Notes: a model not told the origin generated them from the sequence alone. Counted from the first letter of the stretch, positions 23,115 through 32,373 are shown. The stretch is 64,000 bases of DNA from Candidatus Lustribacter sp. (GCA_965277805.1 OZ255842.1:4160001-4224000); one strand, 5' to 3'. A program made the numbers and translations.

Positions 23115-24329
23115 GTGTTGCAAGCCGCATCGCATCGCCGGGATGGCAACTTCGCGCGCATGACGCTGCCGAGATTGGCGGGGGTCGGTGCCGCATTCGC
23201 CGTGAGCATCGGATACATGGATCCCGGCAACTGGGCAACCGACCTGAACGCGGCATCCTATCGTTTCACTCTGCTGTGGGCCGTCGTCGCCGCCGGCGTC
23301 GCTGCCTGCATCTTGCAGGTTCTCGTCTTGCGGTTTGTCGGCGCAAGCGGACTCGGCCTGAGCGAGGCAGTCAAACGAACGTTTGCGAAAGCGAACGGTC
23401 CGCTATCGCTCACATATATCGGTGCGATCGTGGCCACGGAGGTCGCGGAGTTTGTCGGCCTCGTCGTCGGGCTGCAAATGGTTTTCCGGCTCGATTTACG
23501 CCCGGCGATTGCGATAGGACTCGCGATATTCTTGTTACTGCTTTTGGCCGGCGGCTTCACGTTCAGGCGATTCGAGCGCATCGCGATCGTGACGACCTCG
23601 CTCCTTGCCCTCATCTATGCGGTGGAGATCGGCGTCCTCCACCCACCGGTTTTGCCGATCCTGCGTGGTGCTCTGCTGCCGGCGGTCCCGGACGGCGGCG
23701 CTTGGATTGCAGTGGTCGGCATCCTCGGCGCCACGATCATGCCCCACAACCTTTTCTTACACGCCGGCCTCTTCAAGGATCACCTCAGAGCAAAAGCGGA
23801 TCGTGATGCGGCTGCAAGCGTTAGGCGGGCTGCTTGCGCGACCGTTTGCACCTTGCTCGTAGCAACGCTCGTGAACGCGGCGATCCTTATCGTCGGCGCG
23901 GCGACGCACGGTACGACGATCGAACAAGCATTTCTTACGCTTCGGCCGCTTGCCGGGCCGACCGCTTCGCTCGTCTTCGGCATCGCTCTGATCGGCGTGT
24001 CGGTGGCGGCGACCGCCGGCGGTGCGTGCGCGGGCGACATCATCTGTGCCGACGCGCCGATAAAGCTCTCGCAGCTTCAGCGCCGACTGATCGCCCTTTC
24101 GCCGGCGGTCGTGCTGCTCGTCGCCGGCTGTTCGCCGATGGCGCTGCTCGTCTGGTCGCAGGTTGCGCTGGCCGCCGCGCTGCCGGCCGTCGTGATCCCG
24201 CTCTTCATCCTCGTCGCACGTCAACGCAACATGAGAAATCCGTTCGATCGGGCGCTCATCGGGCTCTCGGCACTCGTTCTCATCGCGTCGTGCACCTGCG
24301 ATGTGATCTTGTTGTCGACCTCGTCATAG
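23115..24329 (+). CDS. mntH: NRAMP family Mn2+/Fe2+ transporter
   Basis: YMDPGNWA and MPHNLFLH metal-site motifs; many hydrophobic helices. Confidence 0.9.
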   Translation: MLQAASHRRDGNFARMTLPRLAGVGAAFAVSIGYMDPGNWATDLNAASYRFTLLWAVVAAGVAACILQVLVLRFVGASGLGLSEAVKRTFAKANGPLSLTYIGAIVATEVAEFVGLVVGLQMVFRLDLRPAIAIGLAIFLLLLLAGGFTFRRFERIAIVTTSLLALIYAVEIGVLHPPVLPILRGALLPAVPDGGAWIAVVGILGATIMPHNLFLHAGLFKDHLRAKADRDAAASVRRAACATVCTLLVATLVNAAILIVGAATHGTTIEQAFLTLRPLAGPTASLVFGIALIGVSVAATAGGACAGDIICADAPIKLSQLQRRLIALSPAVVLLVAGCSPMALLVWSQVALAAALPAVVIPLFILVARQRNMRNPFDRALIGLSALVLIASCTCDVILLSTSS

Positions 24330-24368
24330 CAGACGGACCGGCATCTGCGATGCCGGTCCGCTGCTTTT
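24328..24368 (+). terminator. Rho-independent terminator after mntH
   Basis: GCAGACGGACCGGCATC-TGC-GATGCCGGTCCGCTGC-TTTT. Confidence 0.8.
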
Positions 24369-24398
24369 GCGAGAGTCGTCTCTATCCGGGGCTAGGCA

Positions 24399-24905
24399 TT
24401 ACTGGAAGCTGCTGGCGTAGAACGTGCCGTCTTCCCAATAACCGTGGGCGATAACGTCGCGGCCCGTTGCGACGTGACCCGTGTCCTGACGATTGAGGGC
24501 GCGGCTGTCATCGACGATCAGCGTGTTGTTGCCGTGTTGCAGCGTGACGAGATGTCCGCTCACGTTGGTAATTTGACCTGAGACCCGTTCGTTATAACGC
24601 GTCGGATGGGCGGGGCCACTGCCGCTCATTGCCACGCCGCCGTTGCCGTTCATCGCCGCGCCGGGGGCCGGTTGCGTGGTGGTCGTCGTGGTCGTGGTTT
24701 CGGTCACGCAGTTACCGTTTGCTTGGAATGCGCCATTGACCCAGGCACCGCAGTACGGGTTGTGCGGCCCGACGATGTCGCCGTTTTGCGTCGTCGTTTG
24801 CGTGGTTTGCGTGGTTTGCGTACTTTGCGCACCGACCGGACCCGAAACGAGACTCGCTACGAACATCGCGCCCGCGCCGACGGCTACTGCGAAAGATTTT
24901 CGCAT
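24399..24905 (-). CDS. Secreted Thr/Gln-rich hypothetical protein with C-terminal OB-fold-like region
   Basis: AGGAG SD; signal peptide MRKSFAVAVGAGA...VGA-Q; QTT repeats; one Cys pair. Confidence 0.75.
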   Translation of the reverse strand: MRKSFAVAVGAGAMFVASLVSGPVGAQSTQTTQTTQTTTQNGDIVGPHNPYCGAWVNGAFQANGNCVTETTTTTTTTQPAPGAAMNGNGGVAMSGSGPAHPTRYNERVSGQITNVSGHLVTLQHGNNTLIVDDSRALNRQDTGHVATGRDVIAHGYWEDGTFYASSFQ

Positions 24906-25015
24906 GATTTCATCTCTCCTCATAAGCAATCGCGTCTGAAAACGCTACGCGGCAATATTCCCGTTCTTGCCCGATTCACTCGCAAGAAGAGGCTCGCCAG
25001 CATTGACGCTTGCTT

Positions 25016-26134
25016 TTAGAGTTGGGTCGACCAGTCGCGCTCTTGGAGTTCGCGTTTGATGCGCGCCATGAATTTGCCGGCCGTCGAGCCGTCGAACGCG
25101 CGGTGATCCCATGACATGCACAGATACATGCGGCGCCGGATCGCGATGCCGCCGTTGTACGGAACGACGCGCTCTTCAACGGCGTCGGTAGAGAGCGTCG
25201 CGACGTTCGGCGTGTTGATGATCGGTGCAGTCATCAACGTGCCGTACGATCCGTTGTTGGTAATCGTGAAGGTCGAGCCGGAATAGTCCGACGCAACCAG
25301 CTTCGATGCGCGCGCACCGGCCGCGCGTGAAATGATGGCGCGCGAAAGACCGGTCACAGTGAGGCCGTCGGCATCGCGAATCACCGGCACGACTAAGCCG
25401 GCTTCGTCGAGATCGACCGCAACGCCGAGGTGCACCGACTCGTTGTGCACGAGCCCCGATCCGTCGATGCGGGCGTTCACGGCGGGAAAGGCGCGCAGCG
25501 CGATGACCACTGCCCGCGCGATGAACGGCAAGTACGTGAGCCCGGCGGAGGAGCGCACCGCATTCACGCTCTCCATGTCCGCTTCGATCACGGAGAACAC
25601 GTCGGCCACCGCGCGCTTCGATGCGAGCACGTTCGCCGCGATCTGCGCGCGCAGCGATGAGAACGGCACGCCGCGTCCGGGTGTTGCGGGGGCAATCGCA
25701 GCGGCCGGTACAGCCACCGCTGGAGCAGTCGCGGGCGAAGGAGCGGATTCAACGAGCTTCAGCACATCGCTGCGCGTGATACGGCCGCCTTCGCCGGTAC
25801 CGCGCACAGAGTTCAGGTCGAGCTGATGCTCGCGCGCGAGCCGGCGCACGACCGGTGAACGCAAGTGTGCGCGTGAGCCGGTGTTACTTGCGGCGACGGC
25901 GCCGTCGCCGATGCGTGCGAGTTCGGTGCCGACCGGCACGGTGGTGCCGTCGGGTACGAGAATCTCGCGCAGCACCCCGGCGTAGAGCGACGGGATCTCG
26001 GTGTTGACTTTGTCGGTTGCCACTTCGAAGAGCGGCTCGTCGACGGCCACGTTATCGCCGACCGCCTTGAGCCAGCGCACGACGGTGCCTTCGGAGACGC
26101 TCTCGCCGAGCTGCGGCATCGCGACCGCGGTCAT
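25016..26134 (-). CDS. Dihydrolipoamide acyltransferase (E2) of a 2-oxoacid dehydrogenase complex
   Basis: Lipoyl motif EVATDKVNTE, E3-binding SPVVRRLARE...GTGEGGRITRSD, catalytic DHRAFDG. Confidence 0.93.
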   Translation of the reverse strand: MTAVAMPQLGESVSEGTVVRWLKAVGDNVAVDEPLFEVATDKVNTEIPSLYAGVLREILVPDGTTVPVGTELARIGDGAVAASNTGSRAHLRSPVVRRLAREHQLDLNSVRGTGEGGRITRSDVLKLVESAPSPATAPAVAVPAAAIAPATPGRGVPFSSLRAQIAANVLASKRAVADVFSVIEADMESVNAVRSSAGLTYLPFIARAVVIALRAFPAVNARIDGSGLVHNESVHLGVAVDLDEAGLVVPVIRDADGLTVTGLSRAIISRAAGARASKLVASDYSGSTFTITNNGSYGTLMTAPIINTPNVATLSTDAVEERVVPYNGGIAIRRRMYLCMSWDHRAFDGSTAGKFMARIKRELQERDWSTQL

Positions 26135-27024
26135 TTGGCCATCGGGATCTCGAGGTTCTCTCCGGCGGCGTTGGCCAGCACGTAGTAGAGAATCGAGAAG
26201 TCGTGGTGCGAGAGGCCTTGGCCGCGCGCGGCGGTGAGCCACGCGTTGGTCGTCGACGTCGTCGGCAGCGGCACGCCGAGTTTTTCGGCCAGCTGCAGCG
26301 CGAGGTCGAGATCCTTCTGCATCATCGTGCAGTCGAACCAGGCTTTTTGCGGCTGTTCTTTGATCAGCGGGCCGCGATACTGCAGCATCGGCGACGCGGT
26401 CGCACCGCTCAGCATGATGTCGAGGGCGACGTCGCGCGGAATGCCGCTCTTCACCGCCAGCAGCAAACCTTCGCTCAAGGCGAGGATCTGCGTTGAGAGC
26501 TGCAGGTTCAGCGCGATCTTCATCGTCTTCGCTTGGCCCACGTCGCCGACGTGAAACACTTTCGGACCGATCGCTTCGAGGACCGGACGAATGCGTTCGA
26601 GCGCGGCTTTGTCGCCGCCGACCATGATCAGCAATTTGCCCTGCTGAACCGAGACCTGACTGCCGAGTACGGGCGCGTCGAGCAGCTCGCCCCCGGCCGC
26701 CCGGGTCTTCTCCGCGAGCGCCTGCACGTGGGCGGTGCCGACGGTGCTCATCTCGACGAGCGTCTTGCCGTTGATGGCGCCGAGCACGCCGTCACTGCCC
26801 TCGCACACCGCAGTCAACGCTTGATCGTTCGTTACCATGGTGAGCAAGACGCCACACGCTTGCGCGACCGCGCGCGGCGAATCGGCCCACTTCATGCCCT
26901 TCGCGATCAGCGGTTCGGCCTTGCTCTTCGTGCGGTTCCAGCCGACGACGTCGATCTTCGCCAACAGCAGCCGGTCGACGAACCCGCTGCCCATCTCACC
27001 GAGACCAACCATTCCAACGGTCAT
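26131..27024 (-). CDS. NAD(P)-dependent beta-hydroxyacid dehydrogenase (MmsB/GarR family)
   Basis: GMVGLGEMG, DAPVLG, MKIALN, MQKDL. Confidence 0.92.
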   Translation of the reverse strand: MTVGMVGLGEMGSGFVDRLLLAKIDVVGWNRTKSKAEPLIAKGMKWADSPRAVAQACGVLLTMVTNDQALTAVCEGSDGVLGAINGKTLVEMSTVGTAHVQALAEKTRAAGGELLDAPVLGSQVSVQQGKLLIMVGGDKAALERIRPVLEAIGPKVFHVGDVGQAKTMKIALNLQLSTQILALSEGLLLAVKSGIPRDVALDIMLSGATASPMLQYRGPLIKEQPQKAWFDCTMMQKDLDLALQLAEKLGVPLPTTSTTNAWLTAARGQGLSHHDFSILYYVLANAAGENLEIPMAK

Positions 27025-27031
27025 GCGTTTC

Positions 27032-28006
27032 CTATCCGAGCGTTTTACGTACGGTGTCGACGATGCGATCGACCGACGGACGCGCGCCGTCCTCGAGCGC
27101 TTCGGCCGCCGGCAGCGGCGCGTGGGGCGTGGTGATGCGCACGATCGGCGCGTCGAGATCCCAGAATGCTTCCTCGGCTACGATCGAGACGATTTCCGCG
27201 CCCCAGCCGCATAAGCGCGGGTTCTCTTCGACCGTATAAAGCCGGCCGGTCGCGATCGTCTCGCGCAGGATCGTCTGCGTATCGAGCGGCACGAGCGAAC
27301 GCACGTCGACGACGGTGGCGTTGATGCCCTCGCTCGCGAGCCGTTCGGCCGCGGCCATCGCGCGCGGCACCATCGCCGCGAGCGCGAGGATCGTGCAGTC
27401 CTTGCCCGAGCGCAGCACCTTCGCCGTGCCGAGCGTATCGACGAGTTCGCCGTCGGGCACCTCGCCCTTGACCGGATAGAGTTCTTTCGCTTCGAAGAAC
27501 ATCACCGGATCGGGATCGCGGATCGCGGCCGCAAGCAAGCCTTTCACATCGGCGGCTGACGACGGGGCGACGACCTTGAGTCCCGGCACCGCCATCGCCC
27601 AGTTTTCCACTGCCTGCGAATGCTGCGCGCCGAACCGCAAGCCGCCGCCGTTGGCGGTGCGTACGACCAGCGGCAGCGTGAACTGTCCGCCGCTCATGTA
27701 GCGCGCCTTCGCCATTTGGTTGGCCGGAATGTCCCAGCACACGGCGAGGAAGTCCGAAAACATGATCTCGGCGATCGGCCGCAAGCCCGTCATCGCCGCG
27801 CCCATGCACGTGCCGAGAATCGCCATCTCGGAGATCGGCGTGTCGCGCACGCGCGTGGGGCCGAAGCGCTCGAGCAAACCGACGGTCGCCTTGAACACGC
27901 CGCCCGCACCGCCGATGTCCTCACCGAGGAAGACGACGTTCTCGTCGCGTTCCATCTCTTGCGCGATCGCGGCCGCAACCGCGTCGCGATACGTTAGTTC
28001 CGCCAT
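27032..28006 (-). CDS. ThDP-dependent dehydrogenase E1 beta subunit (AcoB/PdhB-like)
   Basis: GEDIG, DTPISE, GAQHSQ, VDVRSLVPLD. Confidence 0.94.
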   Translation of the reverse strand: MAELTYRDAVAAAIAQEMERDENVVFLGEDIGGAGGVFKATVGLLERFGPTRVRDTPISEMAILGTCMGAAMTGLRPIAEIMFSDFLAVCWDIPANQMAKARYMSGGQFTLPLVVRTANGGGLRFGAQHSQAVENWAMAVPGLKVVAPSSAADVKGLLAAAIRDPDPVMFFEAKELYPVKGEVPDGELVDTLGTAKVLRSGKDCTILALAAMVPRAMAAAERLASEGINATVVDVRSLVPLDTQTILRETIATGRLYTVEENPRLCGWGAEIVSIVAEEAFWDLDAPIVRITTPHAPLPAAEALEDGARPSVDRIVDTVRKTLG

Positions 28007-28998
28007 GTCGACGTCCCGTCGGCCCAGGTGTCTTTCTCGATCTCATCGAGGCTCGGCAGCGGGCCGCTTTTCGCTTCTTCGGTGGCGCGATCGATTTCAG
28101 CCATCGCGGCCGCCTCGATATCCGCCAGCGTCTTCTCGGGAATGCCGTCGGCGAGCAAACGTGCGCGGTACATCGGCAGCGGATCGCGCTTGAGCCATTC
28201 CTGCACTTCGGCCTCGGGCCGGTACTGCGCGGGATCGGCGCGCGAGTGGCCGCCGTGACGGTACGTCAACGCCTCGATCAGCGAGGGACCGTCGCCGCGC
28301 CGGGCGCGCTCGTAGGCGCTCTCTGCGACGAGATAGCATGCGTCCGCGTCGTTGCCGTCGACCACGATCGGTTCGAGCCCGTACGCGCTCGCGCGATCGG
28401 CCGCCGGCCGTTTCACCGACGTCACCGAATCGATCGCGGTATACTCCATGTACATGTTGTTCTCGCACACGAACACGACCGGCAGCTTCCAGACCGCGGC
28501 GAGGTTGAGCGCTTCGTGAAAGGCACCGATGTTGGTCGTGCCGTCGCCGAAGAAGCACACCGACACTTGTTGCGATTTCTTGTATTGCGAGGTCCAGCCA
28601 GCACCGAGCGCGATGCACATCTGCGCGCCGATGATCGCGTACGATCCCATCGCGTACTTATCGGCCTCGCCCAGGTGCATCGAGCCGCCCTTGCCGGCGA
28701 GCACGCCGTTGGCGCGGCCCAGCAATTCCGCCATGCAGCCGGCCATGCTGACGCCGCGCGCGATCGTATGATCGTGGCCGCGATAGGTGCAGAACGTCCA
28801 GTCATCGCGCCGCATCGCCGTGGCAAAGCCGGCGGCGACCGCTTCCTGACCGAGCGCGAGATGGCTCGTGCCCTTGACGAGATTTTGCAGAAACAGATCG
28901 TATGCGCGCTTTTCGAACACGCGCAAGCGGTACTGCAGCTCATACATCGCAATGCGCGTCTCGCGCGCGATCGCCGGTTTCGCAAGCGTGTCGGTCAT
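27994..28998 (-). CDS. ThDP-dependent dehydrogenase E1 alpha subunit (AcoA/PdhA-like)
   Basis: GQEA, YRGH, GKGGSMH, GDG...ENN ThDP motif, GHSRADP; ATG 28998 overlaps the M24 stop. Confidence 0.94.
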   Translation of the reverse strand: MTDTLAKPAIARETRIAMYELQYRLRVFEKRAYDLFLQNLVKGTSHLALGQEAVAAGFATAMRRDDWTFCTYRGHDHTIARGVSMAGCMAELLGRANGVLAGKGGSMHLGEADKYAMGSYAIIGAQMCIALGAGWTSQYKKSQQVSVCFFGDGTTNIGAFHEALNLAAVWKLPVVFVCENNMYMEYTAIDSVTSVKRPAADRASAYGLEPIVVDGNDADACYLVAESAYERARRGDGPSLIEALTYRHGGHSRADPAQYRPEAEVQEWLKRDPLPMYRARLLADGIPEKTLADIEAAAMAEIDRATEEAKSGPLPSLDEIEKDTWADGTSTWRN

Positions 28999-30272
28999 CT
29001 GGGCTGGCCTCCGTAGTCGTAGGCGTTCGCGATGAAGAGGTCTTGGGCGGGGAAGCGGGTGATGATCTTCGGACCGGCCGAGGTGACCACGATCTCTTCC
29101 TCGATGCGCGCGGCGGAGAAGCCGTCCTTCGCCGGGCAGTAGGTTTCCAGCGCGAACACCATGCCTTCTTTGATCTCCATCGGGTGATCGATCGAATTCA
29201 GACGCGAGATGACCGGCCGCTCGTGCAGATGCAAGCCGAGGCCGTGTCCGAACTGCAAACCGAACGCCTCCATCTCGCTTGAAAAACCGAACTCTTCGGC
29301 CTTCGGCCACACGCGCGCGACGTCGTTGGTCATCACGCCGGGCCGGATCACGTCGATCGAGCGGTCGATCCACTCGCGGCACTGCTTGTAGGCGTCCTTC
29401 TGCGCCGGCGTCGCGAAGCCGACGCTGAACGTGCGGTAATAGCACGTGCGGTAGCCGTTGAACGCCGACATGATGTCGAAGAAGGCTTGATCGCCGGGCC
29501 GGATGATGCGATCGCTGAAGTTGTGCGGATGCGGATTGCAGCGCTCGCCGGACACCGCGTTGATCGATTCGACGTCGTCCGAACCAAGCTCGTATAAACG
29601 CTTGGTGGCGAGCGCCACGATCTCTTTTTCTTTCACGCCGGGCTTGAGCGCCTCGACGATATCCTGATACGTCCCGTCGACCATCGCGGCGGAGGTCGAG
29701 AGCAGCATGATCTCGTCGTACGACTTGATCTCGCGCGCGTCGAGCATCACTTGCTGCCCGTCGGCGACCGTGACGCCGAGTTTCTGCAGTTCGAACATCA
29801 ATGGCGGCTCGACATAGTCCAGGCCGAGCGGCATCTTCTCGACGCCGGCCTCAACCAGGAGCGAGAAGATTTGCTCGGCGGCTTGCGTGAAGAGCCCGGC
29901 TTCCGGCGCGATCGCACCACGCAGGCCCGTCAGCCCGGCGTAGATGTCCTTATCGTCGATCCAGGGACAAAATTGCCGGTGGTGCTTGGCGGCCGAACCG
30001 AAATCCCAGACCATCGGTCCAGACGTGCGGGTGATCAGGGCGTAGCGGGTCATCTTGTCGCGCGACCACTCGCCGATTGCGGTCGAGGTCACGTAGCGGA
30101 TGTTATTGACGTCGAAGAGCAGCAGCGCCCCGAGCGGTGAGCCGTCGAGCGCGGCGCGCGCCCGGGCCAGCCGGTATCGGCGGAGGCGGTCGAAATTGAC
30201 GCGCTCCTCGGTATCGACGGCCATCTGGCCGGGCGACGGGATGGGACGGCTGGGGTCCAGGCCCTCAATCAT
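28995..30272 (-). CDS. M24 (Xaa-Pro peptidase/creatinase fold) protein with atypical metal site
   Basis: Creatinase-N NNIRY; GHGLGLHLHE, ALET, RIEE; YRTCYYRT where M24 peptidases have Y-x-S-D-x-T-R-T. Confidence 0.88.
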   Translation of the reverse strand: MIEGLDPSRPIPSPGQMAVDTEERVNFDRLRRYRLARARAALDGSPLGALLLFDVNNIRYVTSTAIGEWSRDKMTRYALITRTSGPMVWDFGSAAKHHRQFCPWIDDKDIYAGLTGLRGAIAPEAGLFTQAAEQIFSLLVEAGVEKMPLGLDYVEPPLMFELQKLGVTVADGQQVMLDAREIKSYDEIMLLSTSAAMVDGTYQDIVEALKPGVKEKEIVALATKRLYELGSDDVESINAVSGERCNPHPHNFSDRIIRPGDQAFFDIMSAFNGYRTCYYRTFSVGFATPAQKDAYKQCREWIDRSIDVIRPGVMTNDVARVWPKAEEFGFSSEMEAFGLQFGHGLGLHLHERPVISRLNSIDHPMEIKEGMVFALETYCPAKDGFSAARIEEEIVVTSAGPKIITRFPAQDLFIANAYDYGGQPR

Positions 30273-30288
30273 GCGTCGGGAGCTTCTT

Positions 30289-30306
30289 TCTGCAATCGAT
30301 TACAGA
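30289..30306. promoter_or_regulatory. LacI-family operator O2, overlapping the lacI stop codon, upstream of the M24 gene
   Basis: TCTGCAATCGATTACAGA near-palindrome with central CG. Confidence 0.8.
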
Positions 30307-31319
30307 TCGGCTGAAGTATTGGACGGCGGTGCGCTCGACCCCCGCACGACGAGGTGGCCGCTGAAGCGCAGGGTGGTCGGCGGACGTTCGGCTTCGGCCG
30401 GCTCGGCGAGCCGTTCCGTCACCAGTTCGACCGCCAGCAGCGCCATCTCGCGCAACGGCAACGCGTAGCACGTGAGCGGCGGATTTTGCGCCGCGTACCA
30501 ATCGGGATCTTCGAACGCGGCCAGCGACACGTCGGCGGGCACCGCAGCGCCGAGATCTTTGAGCGCGCGCAACACGCCGACCGTGAGCGGTCCGGCGCTC
30601 GAGAAAATTGCCGTCGGTTTATTTTCGTGCGCGAGCAGGTCGCGCGTCGCGCGATAACCGTGATCGGGCGTGTACGGTCCGCGCTCGACGCGCGCGGAGA
30701 GGCCGGCGCCGCGCATCGCTTCACGGTAACCGGCGATACGATAGCGTGTCGTCGAGAGCGATTCCGGACCGGCAATCATCGCGATTCGCCGGTGTTTTAG
30801 CCCAATAAGGTGCGAAGCCAGCGCCGCCGCGCCCTCGCGATCGTCGCTCACGATCGCGTCGTACAAACCTTCTTCGGTATGTCGCAGCAGCTCGACGATC
30901 GGAATGCGTTTGGGCGCCGAGGGCAAGCCGCGCGCGCCCGTCGGCGTCGACGGGACGTAGACGATCGCATCGACGCGAAACTCGGTCAGCGTGTTCAAAT
31001 ACGAGCGATCGCTCTCGGCCTCGTTGTTCGTGATACACAACAGCAGGCGATAACCGCGCGCTTCGAACGCGCCCTGCAGCACGCTCGCCGTCTCGGCGTA
31101 GAAGTCGTTGCGGATGTCCGGCACGATCAGGCCGACCGTCATGGTCTGTTTCGAACGCAGTGCTCGTGCGAGGGCATTGGGCCGATACCCGAGCCGCCGC
31201 GCCTCGGCCACGACACGCGCTCGCGTCGCATCGTCCACGTAACGCGCCCCGCTCAAGGCGCGCGAGATCGTTGCCGGCGAGAGGCCGGTGCTGACCGCCA
31301 CGTCGCGCAGGGTCGCCAT
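30300..31319 (-). CDS. LacI family transcriptional regulator
   Basis: MATLRDVAVSTGLSPATISRAL, LGYRPNALARAL, VPADVSLAAF. Confidence 0.95.
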   Translation of the reverse strand: MATLRDVAVSTGLSPATISRALSGARYVDDATRARVVAEARRLGYRPNALARALRSKQTMTVGLIVPDIRNDFYAETASVLQGAFEARGYRLLLCITNNEAESDRSYLNTLTEFRVDAIVYVPSTPTGARGLPSAPKRIPIVELLRHTEEGLYDAIVSDDREGAAALASHLIGLKHRRIAMIAGPESLSTTRYRIAGYREAMRGAGLSARVERGPYTPDHGYRATRDLLAHENKPTAIFSSAGPLTVGVLRALKDLGAAVPADVSLAAFEDPDWYAAQNPPLTCYALPLREMALLAVELVTERLAEPAEAERPPTTLRFSGHLVVRGSSAPPSNTSADL

Positions 31320-31330
31320 GCCGCATAGGT

Positions 31331-31348
31331 TCTGAAATCGATTGCAGA
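31331..31348. promoter_or_regulatory. LacI-family operator O1 (autoregulatory)
   Basis: TCTGAAATCGATTGCAGA; reverse complement matches O2 at 17/18. Confidence 0.8.
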
Positions 31349-31494
31349 AGTCCCGTCGCACTTCGAAAACATCACGGCGCGGCACGGTTCTCGCGACCTG
31401 TTGTTCGCAATCACGGGCTCGACCGACACGCGCGGCCAAGTTCATGAGCCGGATAGCGAGCAACTGTATCAATACGGGCCGCATTTAGAAGTCA

Positions 31495-32373
31495 GTGAAG
31501 AATCGCGGCGCTCTGGTCGCCATCGGCGCCCTGGCGCTTGCGTGGGGCTACAACTGGGTCGTCATCAAGATCGCCACGGGCGGCGCTTCCCCGTTCGCGC
31601 TCGTTGCGTTGCGCATGGTGCTTGGGGCGGCCGCGCTGTTCGTCGTATCCGCACTGGCCCGCAAGTCGCTGAAGTCGCCGCCACCGGGCCCGACCGCGCT
31701 GATCGGCTTTTTCCAGGTTACGCTGATGACGACGCTCCAGACGCTCGCGCTCTCCACCGGCGGCGCCGGCAAGACCACGCTGCTCGTCTATACGTTTCCG
31801 TTTTGGATCGCGCTCCTCTCGACTCGCTGGCTCGATGAGAAGCTGACGCGCACGGGCTGGATCGCGGTCGGAGTCGCCGCGGTGGGCCTCGGCTTCGTGC
31901 TCTACCCGCTCGACCTCGGCCACGACCTACTGAGCAAAGGCTTTGCCCTCGCTTCCGCGTTGTCGTGGGCCATCGGCGCCGTAATCACCAAACGCTTCCG
32001 CGCGAAGACGAAGGTCGAGCTCCTGCCGTTCACCGCGTGGCAGCTTGCGTACGGCGCGATCCCGATCGTGCTTATCGCGCTGCTCGTACCGGGCAGCTAC
32101 GTGCACTTCACGCTGCAGTTTTCGCTCGCGCTCGCCTACATCGTGGTCCTCGGAACCGCGCTCGCGTTCTGGCTCTGGTTCTACATCATCGAGCGCCTGT
32201 CGGCCACCGACACCGGCATCGCCTCACTGCTCACCCCGGTCGTCAGCGTGCTCCTCGCCTGGCTCCAACTGCACGAGAACCCCGGCATCCCCGAGTTGAT
32301 CGGCATGACGCTGATCGTCGCCGCGCTGTTGATCAACACCACCGGTGTCACCCCGCCTTCGCGACGAGGCTAG
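31495..32373 (+). CDS. EamA/DMT family transporter
   Basis: WGYNWVVIK, two EamA repeats, about 10 hydrophobic helices. Confidence 0.9.
   Translation: MKNRGALVAIGALALAWGYNWVVIKIATGGASPFALVALRMVLGAAALFVVSALARKSLKSPPPGPTALIGFFQVTLMTTLQTLALSTGGAGKTTLLVYTFPFWIALLSTRWLDEKLTRTGWIAVGVAAVGLGFVLYPLDLGHDLLSKGFALASALSWAIGAVITKRFRAKTKVELLPFTAWQLAYGAIPIVLIALLVPGSYVHFTLQFSLALAYIVVLGTALAFWLWFYIIERLSATDTGIASLLTPVVSVLLAWLQLHENPGIPELIGMTLIVAALLINTTGVTPPSRRG

Noticed and set aside
25016-28998. Calling the E1/E2 genes pdhABC or acoABC
   Set aside because: Substrate cannot be assigned from motifs; the context points to a specialised pathway.
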